From Octopus vulgaris (Eukaryota): 64,000 nucleotides of DNA. The DNA lies in the NCBI GenBank assembly GCA_951406725.2, contig OX597825.1:67890001-67954000 (forward strand), given 5' to 3'. Position 1 is the stretch's first letter. Each line of letters begins with the position of its first letter. The notes under the pieces are model-generated. The model was not told where the DNA came from. It did no database searches and was given only the letters and a program-made list of their open reading frames with translations. This document shows positions 38,161 through 53,034 of the stretch, in pieces. A program made the translations under genes and the position numbers.

Positions 38161-40831
38161 TGTTGTTGTTGTTCTTCTTCTTCTAATCAGGACTCACGCC
38201 ATTAGCCACAAAGAATAATCTCTAATTCGAGCCTACTCTAAGCTACTAAGAATGCGTGTGACAACTTGAAGATCTACCCACCACACGCGATAGACTAGCG
38301 GTTGCACAGGCACAAAATCTATGTTGTTATCCTCATTCTGTAAATGGTGGCTTTTAACCGGTGGAGAGCTGAATCGAACCCGTGTTCTTACGACCGCAAG
38401 TCCGCTGCCCTAACCACTGGTCATACATCTCAGGCAGACACAGTTGATAACTGTAGCATGTTAAGTTTCTTCCCACCATGCCTTATATTAAAAATAATAA
38501 ATTTAATTTGAAAATAGGGGAGGGGAAATTCAGAATCAAAATGCTAATATACTAATGGTATTAGATCTTTCTGAAATAATCTAAGAGCTCTGTATTCTCA
38601 TACAGGGTAGGCCAAAAGTTACGCACAAAATATGTTCAATACATTCCAGAACAAAGACAGGCTTCAATTTTTCTAAAATTGAATAAAATGAATAGAATAA
38701 TGATGAATACACATGTACTTGTACATAATGAACAAAATGAATAATAATAATAATGGTTTCAAATTTTGGCACAAGGCCAGAAGGTTTGGGGGAAGGGCTA
38801 AGTCGATGACATCAACCCCAGTACTCAACCGGTACTTATTTTATCAACCCTGAAAGGATGAAAGGCAAAGCTGACCTCGGCAGAATTTGAACTCAGAACG
38901 TGAAGACAGACGAAATGGCTCTAAGCATTTTGCCTGGCATGCTGATTGTGCCAGCTCACCAATAATCTATAATATAAATTGGACATGGGCAATCATTGTA
39001 TTCTTTCTTGTCTTGAGGTTCACAGCCAAACGGCTGGGTGGATTCACGTGAAAAATGCCACACATATGGAGACGGGTACATAGATTGGAATGCAGTTTGT
39101 ATTTTTTCCTAGCCCCCATACTTATTGAGAAAATCGATTAAAACTTTTTCTAATGGAATTCCCCTGTTTGTTCTGCCATTAAAACAACCAGTTGCTCACA
39201 CAGCCGGCATATACCATTTTGCCAGCAACAAGGGGAGTCAGCCACTAGCAACAGGATGACAGTCAGCCAAAACTTTCGCTATGCTGTCTCTCTTCTTTCA
39301 CCTCTTTGAGGGGTTAATAACCTTAATCTTTAGTTACAGTTTCTCATTAAAACTACATAATAAGCAGAATTGTCGGAATAAAACAGTACAGTGTTTTGAG
39401 GGAGATTTAGCTGCTATTTCTACCAGGTCTAGCTACCATGTACAGGTCTGAACTTAATTTTCATTCACATATACCTAACCGAAAACAATCACAGCCACAT
39501 CATCCAAACAGACCAGGTGAAACCGGGCTTAGCTGCTAGTGTAATATAAATAAAATGTCAAATGTTTCGAAGCATGACTTTTGGCACACCCTGTACAATA
39601 CAGATTCTTTGAAATAGTTGACTAAAACCTCAGGAGATATATGCTTTTTAGTTTTATTATTGTAGTTACATTTTAAATTTTCACAAAATTTGAAACAGTT
39701 GTAGAATAGCTGTGGAAGTTTCCAAAATATCTTCTTTTTTTTTTAGAGCTAAAAATTATGAAGAATATTGAATTTTTTACTTTTTTTTTGCAAATGCACT
39801 AAATATTTTGGTAAGGTGAATGAAATATGACATGTAAAACAAGTATGTGGAACTTCCAGAAAACCTGAAATTCTTACAAATTATCTGGAATTTTTCATTT
39901 ATATATGTATGTATGTATGTGTGTGTGTGTATATGCTTGTGTGTCTGTGTTTGTCCCCCAACATCACTTGAAACTGATGCTGGTGTGTTTACGTTCCCCA
40001 TAACTTAGCGGTTCAGCAAAAAAGACCGATAGAATAAGTACTAGGCTTACAAAGAATAAGTCTTGGGGTTGATTTGCCCGACTAAAGGCAGTGCTCCAGC
40101 ATGGCCACAGTCAAATGGCTGAAACAAGTAAAAGAGTAAAAAGAATATATATATACATACACACACATATACATACACACACAAACACATACATACATTC
40201 ATACAAGAAGTTCGCATCCTTAACCACATGGTTCCAGGTTCAGTCCTACTGTTGACACCTTGAGTCTTCTACTGTAGCCTCAAGCCAATTAAAGCCTTGT
40301 GGGTGGATTTGGTAGACAGAAACTGAAAGAAGCCTGTCATATATATGTGTTGTGTGTTTGTGTGTGTGTGTGTGTGTGTGAGTGTGTGTGTGTGCATGTG
40401 TGTGTGTGTGTGCATGTGTTTTTGTGTCTGTGGCTCAATTCTGAGACCCCCTTCGGTCATGACACAGACCATGGGATTGCACCTAGAAAGTTACCCTCAC
40501 AGGCACAAGTCCGGGCAAGGTTGTTTATGGAAGACCAGCAGTTGCCCATGAATACCGGCCTCCCCTCTCTACGGCACTGAGGTTATCCAAGGGAAAAGCA
40601 AAGGGGCTGATACAGCTTGGCACCTGTGATGTCGCAACTCATTTCTACAGCTGAGTGAACTGGATCAACGTGAAATAAATTGTCTTGCTCAAGAACACAA
40701 CATGCAGCCCAGTCCGGGATTCGAGCTCACAGCCTCACGATCATAATCTCGATGCTCTAACCACTGAGCCATGCGCTTTCACTAACTGGCTCAATATACC
40801 ATATCTATTTATCTATCTATCTATCTGTGTG

Positions 40832-40882
<51 letters not shown>

Positions 40883-41174
40883 ACACACACACACACACAT
40901 TTATTCAAGAAGTTTGTGTCCTTAACCAAATGGTTAAGAATTCCAGTCAAAACAAATATGCAAATATTGTCATCATTTAATGCCCATCTTCCACGCTGGA
41001 ATGGGTTAAATGGTTTGACACGAACAGGCAAGTCAGAAGATTACACCAAGCTCTGCTGTCTTTTCTGGTATGGTTTCTACAGCTGGGTTGCCCTTCCCAA
41101 AGCCTGTTGCTTCACAAAGTGCATTGGGTGCATTGGTAGCAATGAGGTCACAAGTAACTTGCAGAGCAAGACCC

Positions 41175-41218
<44 letters not shown>

Positions 41219-41408
41219 TACAAAATTAGAGAATGGAGAAACATACTTAAATTTACGGTAATATTATTACCTTACCCATTTAATACAATAGATGAACTGA
41301 TTGCTTGACAATTTCTAACATCTATGTATTAATTTTTGTTGGTACCTATCTAGCAGTATATTGGATATATATTATCCCATGGTGGGTTGAATTTTCAACC
41401 CCTATCTC

Positions 41409-41466
<58 letters not shown>

Positions 41467-41619
41467 AGTGGCTATGTGCTAAGTAGCTTGCTTACCAACC
41501 ACATGGTACCGGGTTCAGTCCCACTGTGTGGCACCTTGAGCAAATGTCTTCTACTATAGCCTCAGGCCAACCAAAGTTTTGTGAGTGGATTTGGTAGACG
41601 GGAACTGAAAGCAGTCCAT

Positions 41620-41652
<33 letters not shown>

Positions 41653-42116
41653 GCACAGATATATATATTTATATAAATAAGGATAAGATCGTTATTTAAA
41701 ATACTGATCATATCAAATGGGCTTCCACACAGTTTCTTATTTCTTTATTGCCCTCAAGGAGCTAAACATAGAGGGGACAAACAAGGACAGACAAAGGGAT
41801 TAAGTCAATTACATCGATCACAGTGCGTGACTGGTACTTAATTTATCAACCCTGAAAGGATGAAAGGCAAAGCCAGCCTAGGTGGAACTTGAACTCAGAA
41901 CGTAACGGCAGACGAAATACCGCTAAGCATTTCACCTGGTGTGCTAATGTTTCTGCCAGCTCGCCGCCACACAGTTTCTGTCAACCAAATTCACTCACAA
42001 GGCATCGAGTTAGCCCAGGACTATAGTGGAGGACACTTGCCCAAGATGCCATGCAATGGGACAGAACCCAAAACCATGTGGTTGCAAATCAAGCTTCTTA
42101 ACCACCTGTGAAGTAT

Positions 42117-42373
42117 ATTTAAGAGATGAGAAATTATGTACAATATTTACATTATTTACATTTGACGGATATTTGTCCTCATCTTGTTTGTCGTTAACAC
42201 AACGTTTCGGCTAATATACCTTCCATCGAAAAATACCTTAGGAATGAGAACCTAGGTTCGAAATTTACCCAAGACACCTGATGAATGCTGGAGGGTATAT
42301 CAGCCAAAACGTTGTGTTAACAACAAACAAGATGAGGACAAATATCAGTTGAATGTAAATAATGTAAATAATG
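42117..42373. mobile_element. Fold-back hammerhead element with 14-bp flanking direct repeat
   Basis: Arms 42144-42224 / 42289-42370; gacac CTGATGA...cagcc AAAAC GTT gtgtt (left arm keeps GAAAC); CACCTGTGAAGTAT at 42103-42116 and 42374-42387. Confidence 0.75.
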
Positions 42374-42839
42374 CACCTGTGAAGTATTCAGCAAAAAGCT
42401 TGAAAAGCCAGAAGCCAGGCATTGATTTTAATAAGAGGAAGAGAGAAAAATGCATCCAATGAGCTGGGGTGAATGTTAGGGTGTGCAGTTAGCTAGTTTA
42501 TATGAACAGAGACTGCTGTAGTAGAGGTGGCAGGAGAAACGAGAGGAACTATTTCATGTAGTAAACTTGTGAATTAGTATTTTAAATAAGTTGAATCAAA
42601 CTTCTTTTTGATGTAGTCTAGGATGAGCTTTTTTATTTTGTGTGTGTGTGTGTGTGTGCATTTGTGCACACATGTAAGCAGCAAGGAACCGTAGCACTGC
42701 GTTAAATGTATCAACAGTGAATATTCTAATCTGGATTGCAAATGAACTTATTAGAGAGTTAATAAGTGAATCAGTCTCCAAATAGTTTCTGGCACTGAAG
42801 AGAAAGTTCATTCTTCAGGTCATAATTTTGGCACAAATA

Positions 42840-43156
42840 TATACGTAAGCGTCATCCAACCAAAATGCAAATATATGGGAAACTACCACCTGTGTCATCT
42901 CTTGTGAAAGGTAGGAGAGTCCAGTTTGCTGGACATTGTTGTAGAGCTGAAAACGAGGTAATTTCTACTCTTCTCCTCTGGAAGCCATCTACTCGCGATA
43001 CCAGAGGGCGCACACTCTCCTACCCTGATGTAATCTCCAGGGATACAGGCATCCAGCAACAGGACCTCCGTAATGCTATGATGGACCGTGAAGTCTGGCG
43101 TCGCATAGTGAATTCCATTGTCTCAACCACGGTCAAACAATGATGATGATGATGAT
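42840..43156 (+). mobile_element. RTE-type LINE 3' end (shorter copy at 45686-45855)
   Basis: RRVQFAGHCCR...LLLWKP...GRTLSY...MMDREVWR with a (TGA)n tail. Confidence 0.85.
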
Positions 43157-43182
43157 GTGTGTGTGTCTGTGTGTGCATAGTC

Positions 43183-43326
43183 TTTTATTAAAACTGAAGC
43201 CGAGAGTTTGTCTCACAACTCAAGTTTCATGCCACAATGATCTTCAGGCGAGTTTTGCCTGAAGATCACAGTGACAGGAAACTCAAGTTGCATGACAAAC
43301 TCTTACTTTCAGCTTTAACAATAAAA
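43183..43326. ncRNA. Palindrome holding two divergent hammerhead motifs
   Basis: (+) tgc CTGAAGA tcacagtgacag GAAAC tcaa GTT gca; (-) cgc CTGAAGA tcattgtggcat GAAAC ttga GTT gtg. Confidence 0.65.
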
Positions 43327-43424
43327 AAAAGCCCCATATAACCTCCACATATAGTGAGCACTCCTTTCTCATTCATCAGACATTAAGACACACAAACTCA
43401 CACACACACACATATATATATATA

Positions 43425-44287
43425 CAGGGTGCAATGGGTAAATTGTCGCCATTTTATATTTTTAATTTCATGCATGCACATTGTTTGTTTTTAATTTTGT
43501 CGACTACACAGTATAGTAGGGTCAGCTGAGCACTGTCTCTGAGAAAAACAGCACCATGATGTAATTCACTGTGCCAGAAATTTGGAAACATGCTGTACTG
43601 TTTAGCATTCATGCCAGAAGCTCCAATACAAACATTGATTGGGTGTCAATCTGAGGACATGTCCAAGAGTGATAAAAATCAAACAACCAATCAACATCAT
43701 GGTCTTTGAAGTAATCGCCAGTGATGGTGATGTTATGCCCCCGTTAATCTTCCCACGCAGCCTCAGACTCAACATGAAGTCCTACATCAAGTGCCTGGAG
43801 GAGGTAGTGCTGTCCTGGGTCAAGAGGTTGGCTGCTTGAAGACCCTATGTCTGGCAACAAGACTCTGCACCATGCCACACAAGCAAGAGAACCCAGTCAT
43901 GGCTGTCACACAATTTCTGAAGCCAAATCCTCCCTAACCTCTGGCCACCTAACTCCCCAGACTGCAACCCCTTTGATTATTATGTGTGGGGTACAATTGA
44001 ATGAGAGACCAATGAAACCCCTTGTAACACCAAAGATGAACTAAAGGCAAGGATTATAGCAGCATTCACCAATTTAAACAAAGAGACCTTCCATAAGAGT
44101 TGCAGGAGATTCCAAAGTCGTCTGGAGGCTGTGGTTGAAGCCAATGGCGATTTTATTCAATAAATTTATTCTTTAGTATTTCAAGATAATTTTTATGTAA
44201 TTTTGGTAAATATATCTGTTAAAATGAGATGTCAGTGTTATTTTCATTCATGGGTAATTTAGACGACAGTTTATTCACTGCACCCTA
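43425..44287 (+). mobile_element. Internally deleted DD37D transposon, same family as 28356-29608
   Basis: Same TIRs; QQD to SPDCNPFD spacing counted as 37 residues; lacks ~430 bp corresponding to ~28600-29030. Confidence 0.9.
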
Positions 44288-44291
44288 TATA

Positions 44292-44344
<53 letters not shown>

Positions 44345-45252
44345 TATATACACACACACACATATATTATATACTCATACATATATACATACACATACAC
44401 ACACACGCAGATAAATATGTATACATATATATACACACACATGCATAAACATATTCACACACACACACACACACATCACTCTTTATGTCAGAAAATCATT
44501 CATATATTTGTCAATAGAGTATATTAATATTTTCACAATACCAAATTATAGACTCATTTCAGCCAATTTTACCAATCAGTTTTGCATACAATAATGTCAG
44601 TATATTTACTAATTAGTAAAAGTCAACTAAAATGGGTCTATAATACAATAGGGCTGCACTAATACTCAGCTGGTACTCATTTTCATTTGCACAGACTAGA
44701 GTAATATGAAATGAAATGCCCTACTCAAGGATACAACATGCCACTTAGAGCAGGAATTGAACTTGTGACTTTTGGATCATAAGCTGAACAACTAATCCAC
44801 TAGGCCACACATCTTCACAAATATATATCTGTGTGTGTATGTGTGTGTATGTTTTATCTCTGGGTTCAATAGATACCCCAGTGGTAGAGGAGGCGCCAGT
44901 TATTTTTGACAAAGCTGAAGAGAAGGCAGCTCTTCTCAGAGAAAGATACTCTGACATATAACTTGAAATCAAAATGGTACCAGCCATCTTGTAATGCTTG
45001 TCACTTAGATCTACTATTGCAACTGAGAGTGTGACAAAAGTGTTGCACAAGCTTTTGTTACTTGAATCCAATGATAGACACATGTCTAACTATCAGTTCA
45101 TTTCTCAATGTGTTTTGTATTTTACAGAGGCCTATGGTGATGGCTATCTGCACACATGTAAGGATGAAAATAAATCAGAACAATCAGGCTATCATCTGAC
45201 AAGATGAAGCAATCATCATGTATATATGTATACAAGTATGTATGTATGTATG

Positions 45253-45284
<32 letters not shown>

Positions 45285-45908
45285 CTTAAAATGAGGGTGA
45301 GAAATTGGATATTAATTTAATTAACAGCAATTTAACACCAGTGGTCTAGCATATTAAAATCTAAAGGTTCAGTAAATTGTATTATATATATATGAGAGGG
45401 ATGACCACAATGTGTTTGCTAAATTTTTCTTGAGAACATTTCTTAGTGGTAAGACCATAGCAGATCTACTTCTAGCATAAAGGTTGTCCACATAGTGGTC
45501 ATCCCTCTCATATGTAGTGGTTGGCGTTAGGAAGGGCATCCAGCTGTAGAAACCCTGCCAGATCAAGATTGGAGCCTGGTGCAGCCATCTGGTTCGCCAG
45601 TCCTCAATCAAAATTGGAAAGCGGACGTTAAACGATGATGATGATGATGATGATGATTATGATGATAACCCTAACCCTAACCCTACCGTCTACTCGCAAT
45701 ACCAGAGGGCGCACACTCTCCTACCCTGATGTAATCTCCAGGGATACAGGCATCCAGCAACAGGACCTCCGTAATGCTATGATGGACCGTGAAGTCTGGC
45801 GTAGCATGGTAAATTCCATTGTCTCGACCACGGTCGAACAATGATGATGATGATGTATGTATGTATTTATGCATGTATGTATGTATGTATGTATGTATAT
45901 AGGTATAT

Positions 45909-45954
<46 letters not shown>

Positions 45955-47044
45955 GATGTACAATTTAGAGAAACGGTACTCAACCCATACAGTTGAGTTT
46001 TCCTTCATCTATTAAATCTTAAATTACTATTTTGTGTCTAATCTTAGAAAAAAAAAAAGAAAAAGGAACATCCAAAAGAATTGAAGAATTCAGATTAGCA
46101 AAAAGGAATGATGCTGGTTTTGATCTTCAGTTCTACTCGGCTAACACCTATATGTGCAGCTTCTGCACATGACTATTTCTATAAGTGCAGTTTCTGTGCA
46201 TGCAATGTGACACTAGTATACACAGAGTAGCATCTACATGTACAGTACAGTGCAACCAGTAAATTTAAGTATGTGTTTTCAAAAAAACGAATTTATTATT
46301 CTTTCTAAATTCTTGCTAAACAAATACAATTTGTACTACAGAGACTTACTAATATTGATAAGTATAGTTTTAATTTTTTTTTGTACCTTATTTTTTTTTA
46401 TTATTATATTTATTTTATTTAATATTTGTAATTGGCAAACAACAATAATCCTTGGTTTCAGGTTTTCTCTTTTCAGCCATTCAGATTACTCTGTCGAATG
46501 TAATGCTCATTTACTCACATTGTTTTGAATTAATCATGCATTGTCTCATAAGCTCTGAGATTTCGATGATATGATTGTTTATTTTCAGAATGACATTGTA
46601 AGATAGGTGTGAGAGGCTGGATCTGGCCAGTTTGAACATAAAACAGAATATTTAAAATATTTGGGCCAGAGAGGGCCAGTTTAAATGCAAAAGGGTTAAA
46701 CAGGCCAGTTACTGATTTCCTGAATTTCTGATGATAAGAGTGACAAGGAAGGGAGTATCTGTATCTTGGCACAGAGCAAATACCATGAAGGACTTCACTG
46801 AAAGAGCATGGGATTTTTTTTTTGTTCATTGTTTTTTGTTTTTTTTCCAATTTTCTCATCGATGTTGTAGATGTTGTCGTGGTTACTCCAATGAAATTCA
46901 ATGTAGCATGCGATTATACTTGAAGTAGCAGAAAGGCATTAACACAAATCGACTTCAAGTTCAAAACTCCTGGAGAGAATTTGGCCATGGGAACTGTTTA
47001 GTTTCATTTAAAAAAATTTGGTTCAACATGAAAAAAAAATGCTG

Positions 47045-47850
47045 TCCATTGCAACACTTTCTGTTAATGAAGCAGCTTGTACTTTTCCTTGTACTTTTAA
47101 AATGTGAGAACTTGTACTTTTAACATGTGATACTCGCTGTTTTTGCAACACCTCCTGCTAATGAACAGCTTGTACTTTATCTTGTACTTTAAAAACGTAG
47201 GAGCTTGTACTTTTTCTTGTACTTTTAAAATGTGGGTGCTTGTACTTTTTCTTGTACTTTTAAAACGTGAGTGCTTGTACTTTTTCTTGTACTTTTAAAA
47301 TGTGGGACACACTGCTCATTGCAATACCTCTTGCTAATGATCAGCCTGTACTTTTAAAATGTGGGTGCTTGTACTTTTTTTGTACTTTTAAAATGTGTGT
47401 GCTTGTACTTTTTCTTGTACTTTCAAAATGTGGGTGCTTGTACTTTTTATTGTACTTTTAACATGTGGGAGCTTGTACTTTTTCTTGTACTTTTAAAAGG
47501 TGGGAGCTTGTACTTTTTCTTGTACTTTTAAAATGTGAGACACACTGTTCATTGCAATACCTCTTGCTAATGACCAGCCTGTACTTTTAAAATGTGGGAG
47601 CTTGCACTTTTTTCTTGTACTTTTCACATGTGGGACTCACTGTTTGTTGCAACACCTCTTGCTAACAAAGCAGCTGTACTTTTTTTTGTACTTTTAAAAT
47701 ATGTGACTCATTGTTCCATTGCAACACCCCTTGTAAACAAAGCAACCTGTACTTTTTCTCATACTTTTAAAATTTGGGGCTTGCTATTCCATTGCAACAC
47801 CTCTTGCTGATAAAACAGCTTGTACTTTTTCATGTACTTTTAAAATGTGG
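47045..47850 (+). repeat. Minisatellite, ~35-bp unit GCTTGTACTTTTTCTTGTACTTTTAAAATGTGGG with periodic longer variant
   Basis: Directly visible. Confidence 0.9.
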
Positions 47851-48209
47851 GAGACATTTCCCATTTCATTTTGCTTTCAATTACTTTGATTTATGAATTA
47901 AATAAAGAATAAAAATATTCCATAATCTTTCAATATATGATTGGCTCATCATTTGAATATAAATAGTTTGTCTTCACATAAAATATTGGCCTGCAAGGCA
48001 GCCTAGCAGCTTCGGGAAGCATTAGCATCCATTAAGTATTGGTTAAATAAATGTCTTGGCCTTTGCTCCAAGTGAGTTTCAAGAGAGAAAAATAAAGAAG
48101 ATTGTTAGTTGTATGAAAACAAATGAAAAATATAGACAAAGGATAGTATAAACATAAATACATACATGCACACACAAATCTCACACACATTTATACCTAG
48201 ATATATGTG

Positions 48210-48295
<86 letters not shown>

Positions 48296-48368
48296 TATAT
48301 AGTAAACCAGAAGTACATCCAGGATGATGAAAGACACTAACTGGATTTCCATGAATAGACTTCATATA

Positions 48369-48406
<38 letters not shown>

Positions 48407-48410
<4 letters not shown>

Positions 48411-48665
48411 AAAATTACAATTTAGGGTATCTAAGAGATACTGCCAGGCTGAACATAGCAGCCAAAATTTGACTCTAAAACCTAGATAATGGGCATTTAA
48501 CGTGGTTTTAGAGTCAGATCTTGGCTGCTATTTTCAGCATGGCAGTATCTCTTAGATACCCTAAATTGTAATTATAATAATAATTATTACCTTTGAAGGT
48601 TTTTATTTCCATGTTGGCCACTTGATAAGATCGTTATTTAATTTAAATTAGCGATCTTGTCCTTA
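48407..48665. mobile_element. Fold-back element in (TA)n
   Basis: ~70-bp arms across 48413-48573 plus a one-sided tail. Confidence 0.7.
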
Positions 48666-48679
48666 TATATATCTATCTA

Positions 48680-48753
<74 letters not shown>

Positions 48754-49164
48754 TGTGTGTGTATGTGTGTGTATGTGTCTGTGTATTTAGAAGGTTGCAT
48801 GTTATGGCTGGTTTCACATCTATAAAGCCCTTAACTGTATTAGATGACTAGTAAGAGACATTGGCTGGAGATACATAACCACTTTACAACTGGAGGGAGA
48901 AATACGTCATGGTCAGTTAATTTTGTAAAATTCCAGAATGAAATTCTATGGGAAATAAATGTGGCCAAGGTGGAGATGTGTGTGTGTGTGTGTAAATTTC
49001 CTTGGATGAAAAATTATTAATTTTTATACAAAAACAAGTCTTTCAGAATCAGAATGACATAAAGCATTTGGAAAGAACACTCCTTTCCAAAACATATGAG
49101 TCATTCTGGTCTCTTTTTTTTAAAGATTTTTTTAAAGATCTTGCTTCAAATATTATGACTGTAT

Positions 49165-49224
<60 letters not shown>

Positions 49225-49435
49225 GTCAGATCAAGATTGGAGCATGGTGCAGCCATCTGGCTCACCAGCCCTCAGTCAAAATCGTCCAGCCCATGCTAAC
49301 ATGGAAAGTGGACGTTAAACGATAATGATGATGATGATGATGTATATATATATATATACATATTTATATATATATGTGTGTGTGTGTGTATGTGTGTATA
49401 AATGCATATATATATATAAGTATATATATAGATAA

Positions 49436-49479
<44 letters not shown>

Positions 49480-50902
49480 GCATGTATATATAAAGTTAGA
49501 AATGACAGAGAAATAGTTTGATGAAATTATATTTAAAAAATAAGAAAATTCTAATATCATGACAAATTATTCCATAACTTAAAACCGACTTTCTTTCACC
49601 TGAAGACATAGCTTAAATTCTGCATTATTTTGAAGGATTTTTTTGCTTTTTGCATTAATGCAGACATGTAACAAATTTATTTAATATTAAATATAATAAT
49701 ATAAATTACTTACAAGTTTTTAAGTTACGAAACAATCTGTTATGATATTGGAATTTTCTTATGTCTAAATAAAATTTCATCAGAGAATTTCTCTGTCATC
49801 TGTGACTTTGTACATACCTTTGTGGCAGGAGGATAATCGATTACATTGACCCCAGTGCTCAACTAGTTCTTATTTCATTGATCCCGAAAAGATGAAGGGC
49901 AAAGTCGACCTCGGAGAGAATCTCTGAGTTCAAATCCTGCTGTGGTTGGCTTTGCCTTTTATCTTTTAGAGGTCGATGCACGATGCATAAGTTTATTATT
50001 GGCATAACCACTCTACCAAGATACAAATATGCATGCATGCATGTATGTATGTATATATGTATGCATGCATGTATGTATGTAGGTAGGTAGGTACACACAC
50101 ATACGCAGATACACACAACATACATACACACATATGCATGTGACTGTGTGTGTGTGTGCATGTGTATGTTTGTTTGCCCATGTGTGTGCACCTCTGTGTG
50201 AGCATATGTGTGTGTACATTTTTGGGTGTGTGTGTGATGTGTTAGTGTGTGAATGTGTGCATATGTGTGTGTCACATGGTTATAAATTTATGGAACAATG
50301 AAGTTTATGCTGGTGCGCAACTTCAAGGGAGATAACCTCTTCTCTCCTAGAAGAAAGCAGGTTCTTTAAGATGCAACTGTCATGGTGGCATTGTTCTTCA
50401 ACTCTCTTAGACTATACCAGCAACTGAGCACCTCATTTTAAAACTTTTGCTACCAAACGATCACTAAATCACTGGCTATTAGCTTGGTTTTTTTTCTGTA
50501 TGATAACAAACCTTTTGCTTTTAAAATGCTCCTATTTGAATTAGCATAAAGTTCTTTATGAAAATTAGGGTAGAAATTTTTAATTTACTAAAATTGTGTT
50601 AATAGGAGAGTATTGTAGTTTGCTTGAAGCATTGTGTAGTTTGTAAAGAATAAAAAGTTTTTATTCTTTACTATGTTAATAAACGATAAGTTACTTTACT
50701 AAATCATCCAAAATTCTTAATGATTTTCAGATTGACTGAAACACATACACGGTGTTTTTCTTATAAATTTAACCATGAAATGGTTACAATTCTTTTCCAG
50801 TAAATTGGTTTGATGTGAAACAAACCATTTCCTACTTTTAGGTTTTTTTTCTTTCTTTGCTTCTTCTTGTCGGAAGAGAACACAGTTTATGGTCCTTTAG
50901 AG

Positions 50903-51161
50903 CAGGAATCCCCAACCTTTTTGAACTATGGAATGGTTTCATGCAAGGCAATTTCTTCTAGAGATTGAAAAAAATCAGGTGCATAACAAAACACAATGAT
51001 GTGCATGATATATAATTTAATTATTACATATATAATACATTTATATTACATATATAATGCATATGTATTATAAACATAATACATATATATTATATATATG
51101 TGTTTATATATATTATAAATATAATACATATATGCATAATACACGCATATATATATATATA

Positions 51162-51227
<66 letters not shown>

Positions 51228-51470
51228 TATATTATATATATATATTATATTATAAATATAATACACTTATATATAAAAAGCATATACATATATATATGTA
51301 TATATATATATATATATATAATAAATATATATCATATATAATATGTATATATATTGCAAAAAAAGCACCGTGCAGACTTTGATAGTCATTAAAACAGAAA
51401 TGGAGTTTAAACATTTATTCTTTCTGGTACCAAATAATCCATGGCTCAGGCAGGTGGCTGAAAACCCCTG
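50903..51470. mobile_element. hAT/Charlie-type MITE with internal AT microsatellite
   Basis: TIRs CAGGAATCCCCAACC / GGCTGAAAACCCCTG; 8-bp TSD CTTTAGAG/CTTTAGAT. Confidence 0.75.
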
Positions 51471-51672
51471 CTTTAGATGGCCCCAAGACTTTGGGAAGGA
51501 TGGAGGAAGGTGTCCTCAAAGTGGAAACTCAGCCCCCAAATGACTGCACCTAAGTAGACTCTAGACTCTGCTAAAGGCATCCAAGACCCAGGTGGTTGTG
51601 TGAAACTGGGCAATGAATTCTGTCTACCACACAAGAAGATCATGGCAAGATTTGAACACAGAAAGTAAAAAA

Positions 51673-51707
<35 letters not shown>

Positions 51708-52151
51708 AAATTTTAAAAAATCTAAAACAAATGTCACAAGGTGGTCAGCCCAGCATTCTTACAGTTCTGCTAATCCAATGCCTAGAATTAGTACTCATTT
51801 ATCAATCCTGAAGGTAATGAACAGCAAGGTTGATCTTGGTGGAGTTTGAACTTAGAGCATGGAAAATCAGGGCCAAATAGCATTAAGCATCCTATTTGTC
51901 TTTTTAGGGGTGTCTAGTATTATGTTTTCCAATAGATTCTTCCTTATTCATAATGGTGGGAGTGTTTTTTGAGGGGAGATTTAGATGTTAGAACAAGCCA
52001 CCAATGCATGTGAGAACATAGAGTGGTCTGTCTCTAACTTATTTATATTATTTTTGCATGGTTCTGTGTATCCCTACCCAATATATATATAAAGTTTCTG
52101 GTACACTCTGTGAATACAGAATATACTACATGTAGAATATATCATTTAGAA

Positions 52152-52189
<38 letters not shown>

Positions 52190-52296
52190 AACCCATGCCA
52201 GCATGGAAAGCAGATGTTAAACGATGATGATGATGCTGATGATGGTAATAAAATTGCTAAAGAGAATATGATGAACTTGCAGTGGAGAGTGGTAAA

Positions 52297-52329
52297 TCCA
52301 ACATTTCAGACAGAGTCCTTCATCAGGGG
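52297..52329 (-). ncRNA. Minimal hammerhead-like motif
   Basis: Minus strand: ccc CTGATGA aggactctgtct GAAAT GTT gga. Confidence 0.55.
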
Positions 52330-52540
52330 AAAATTGAAAGGAGATAAATTAATGAGAGGCAGCTACAACTTTTCCTTGAAGAAAGACTGTGTCCAACATG
52401 CTGGATTCTTCCACTCCTCACGGCAAGTTCACAGTACTCTTTTTAGCATTTTTGCTATGTAACATAAGCCTTGCCAACACAGATCCAACACCAGCCTCTT
52501 CATAGTCTGTTTGATTATACATGTGTGTGTGCAAAGATAG

Positions 52541-52581
<41 letters not shown>

Positions 52582-52701
52582 ATAATTTCATGTGTCTGTG
52601 TGTGTGTTTGTGTGTGTGCAATATATATATATACATATATATACACACACACATGCACACAATAATTTCATGTGTGTGTATGTGTCTGTGTGTGTATGTG
52701 T

Positions 52702-52739
<38 letters not shown>

Positions 52740-52770
52740 AATATATGTATATATATATATATATATATAT

Positions 52771-52808
<38 letters not shown>

Positions 52809-53005
52809 TATACACACACACAATAATTTCATGTGTGCATGTGCGTGTGTGTGTGTATTACTATATAGATATGTATATATGTATGCATGTATGCATGTAT
52901 ATATGTATGTATGTATGTACGTATGTATGTATGTATGTATGTAGCTATATCACTGTGTTATCATGTGATACATAAGGTGTATATAATAACATATATCATA
53001 TACAG

Positions 53006-53034
53006 AGCTCAGTCGGTAGAGCATCAAACTTTTA
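53006..53034 (+). pseudogene. 5'-half fragment of tRNA-Lys(TTT)
   Basis: AGCTCAGTCGGTAGAGCATCAAACTTTTA matches the eukaryotic tRNA-Lys(UUU) D-arm to anticodon loop at 28/29 (from recalled sequence); no 3' half. Confidence 0.6.
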
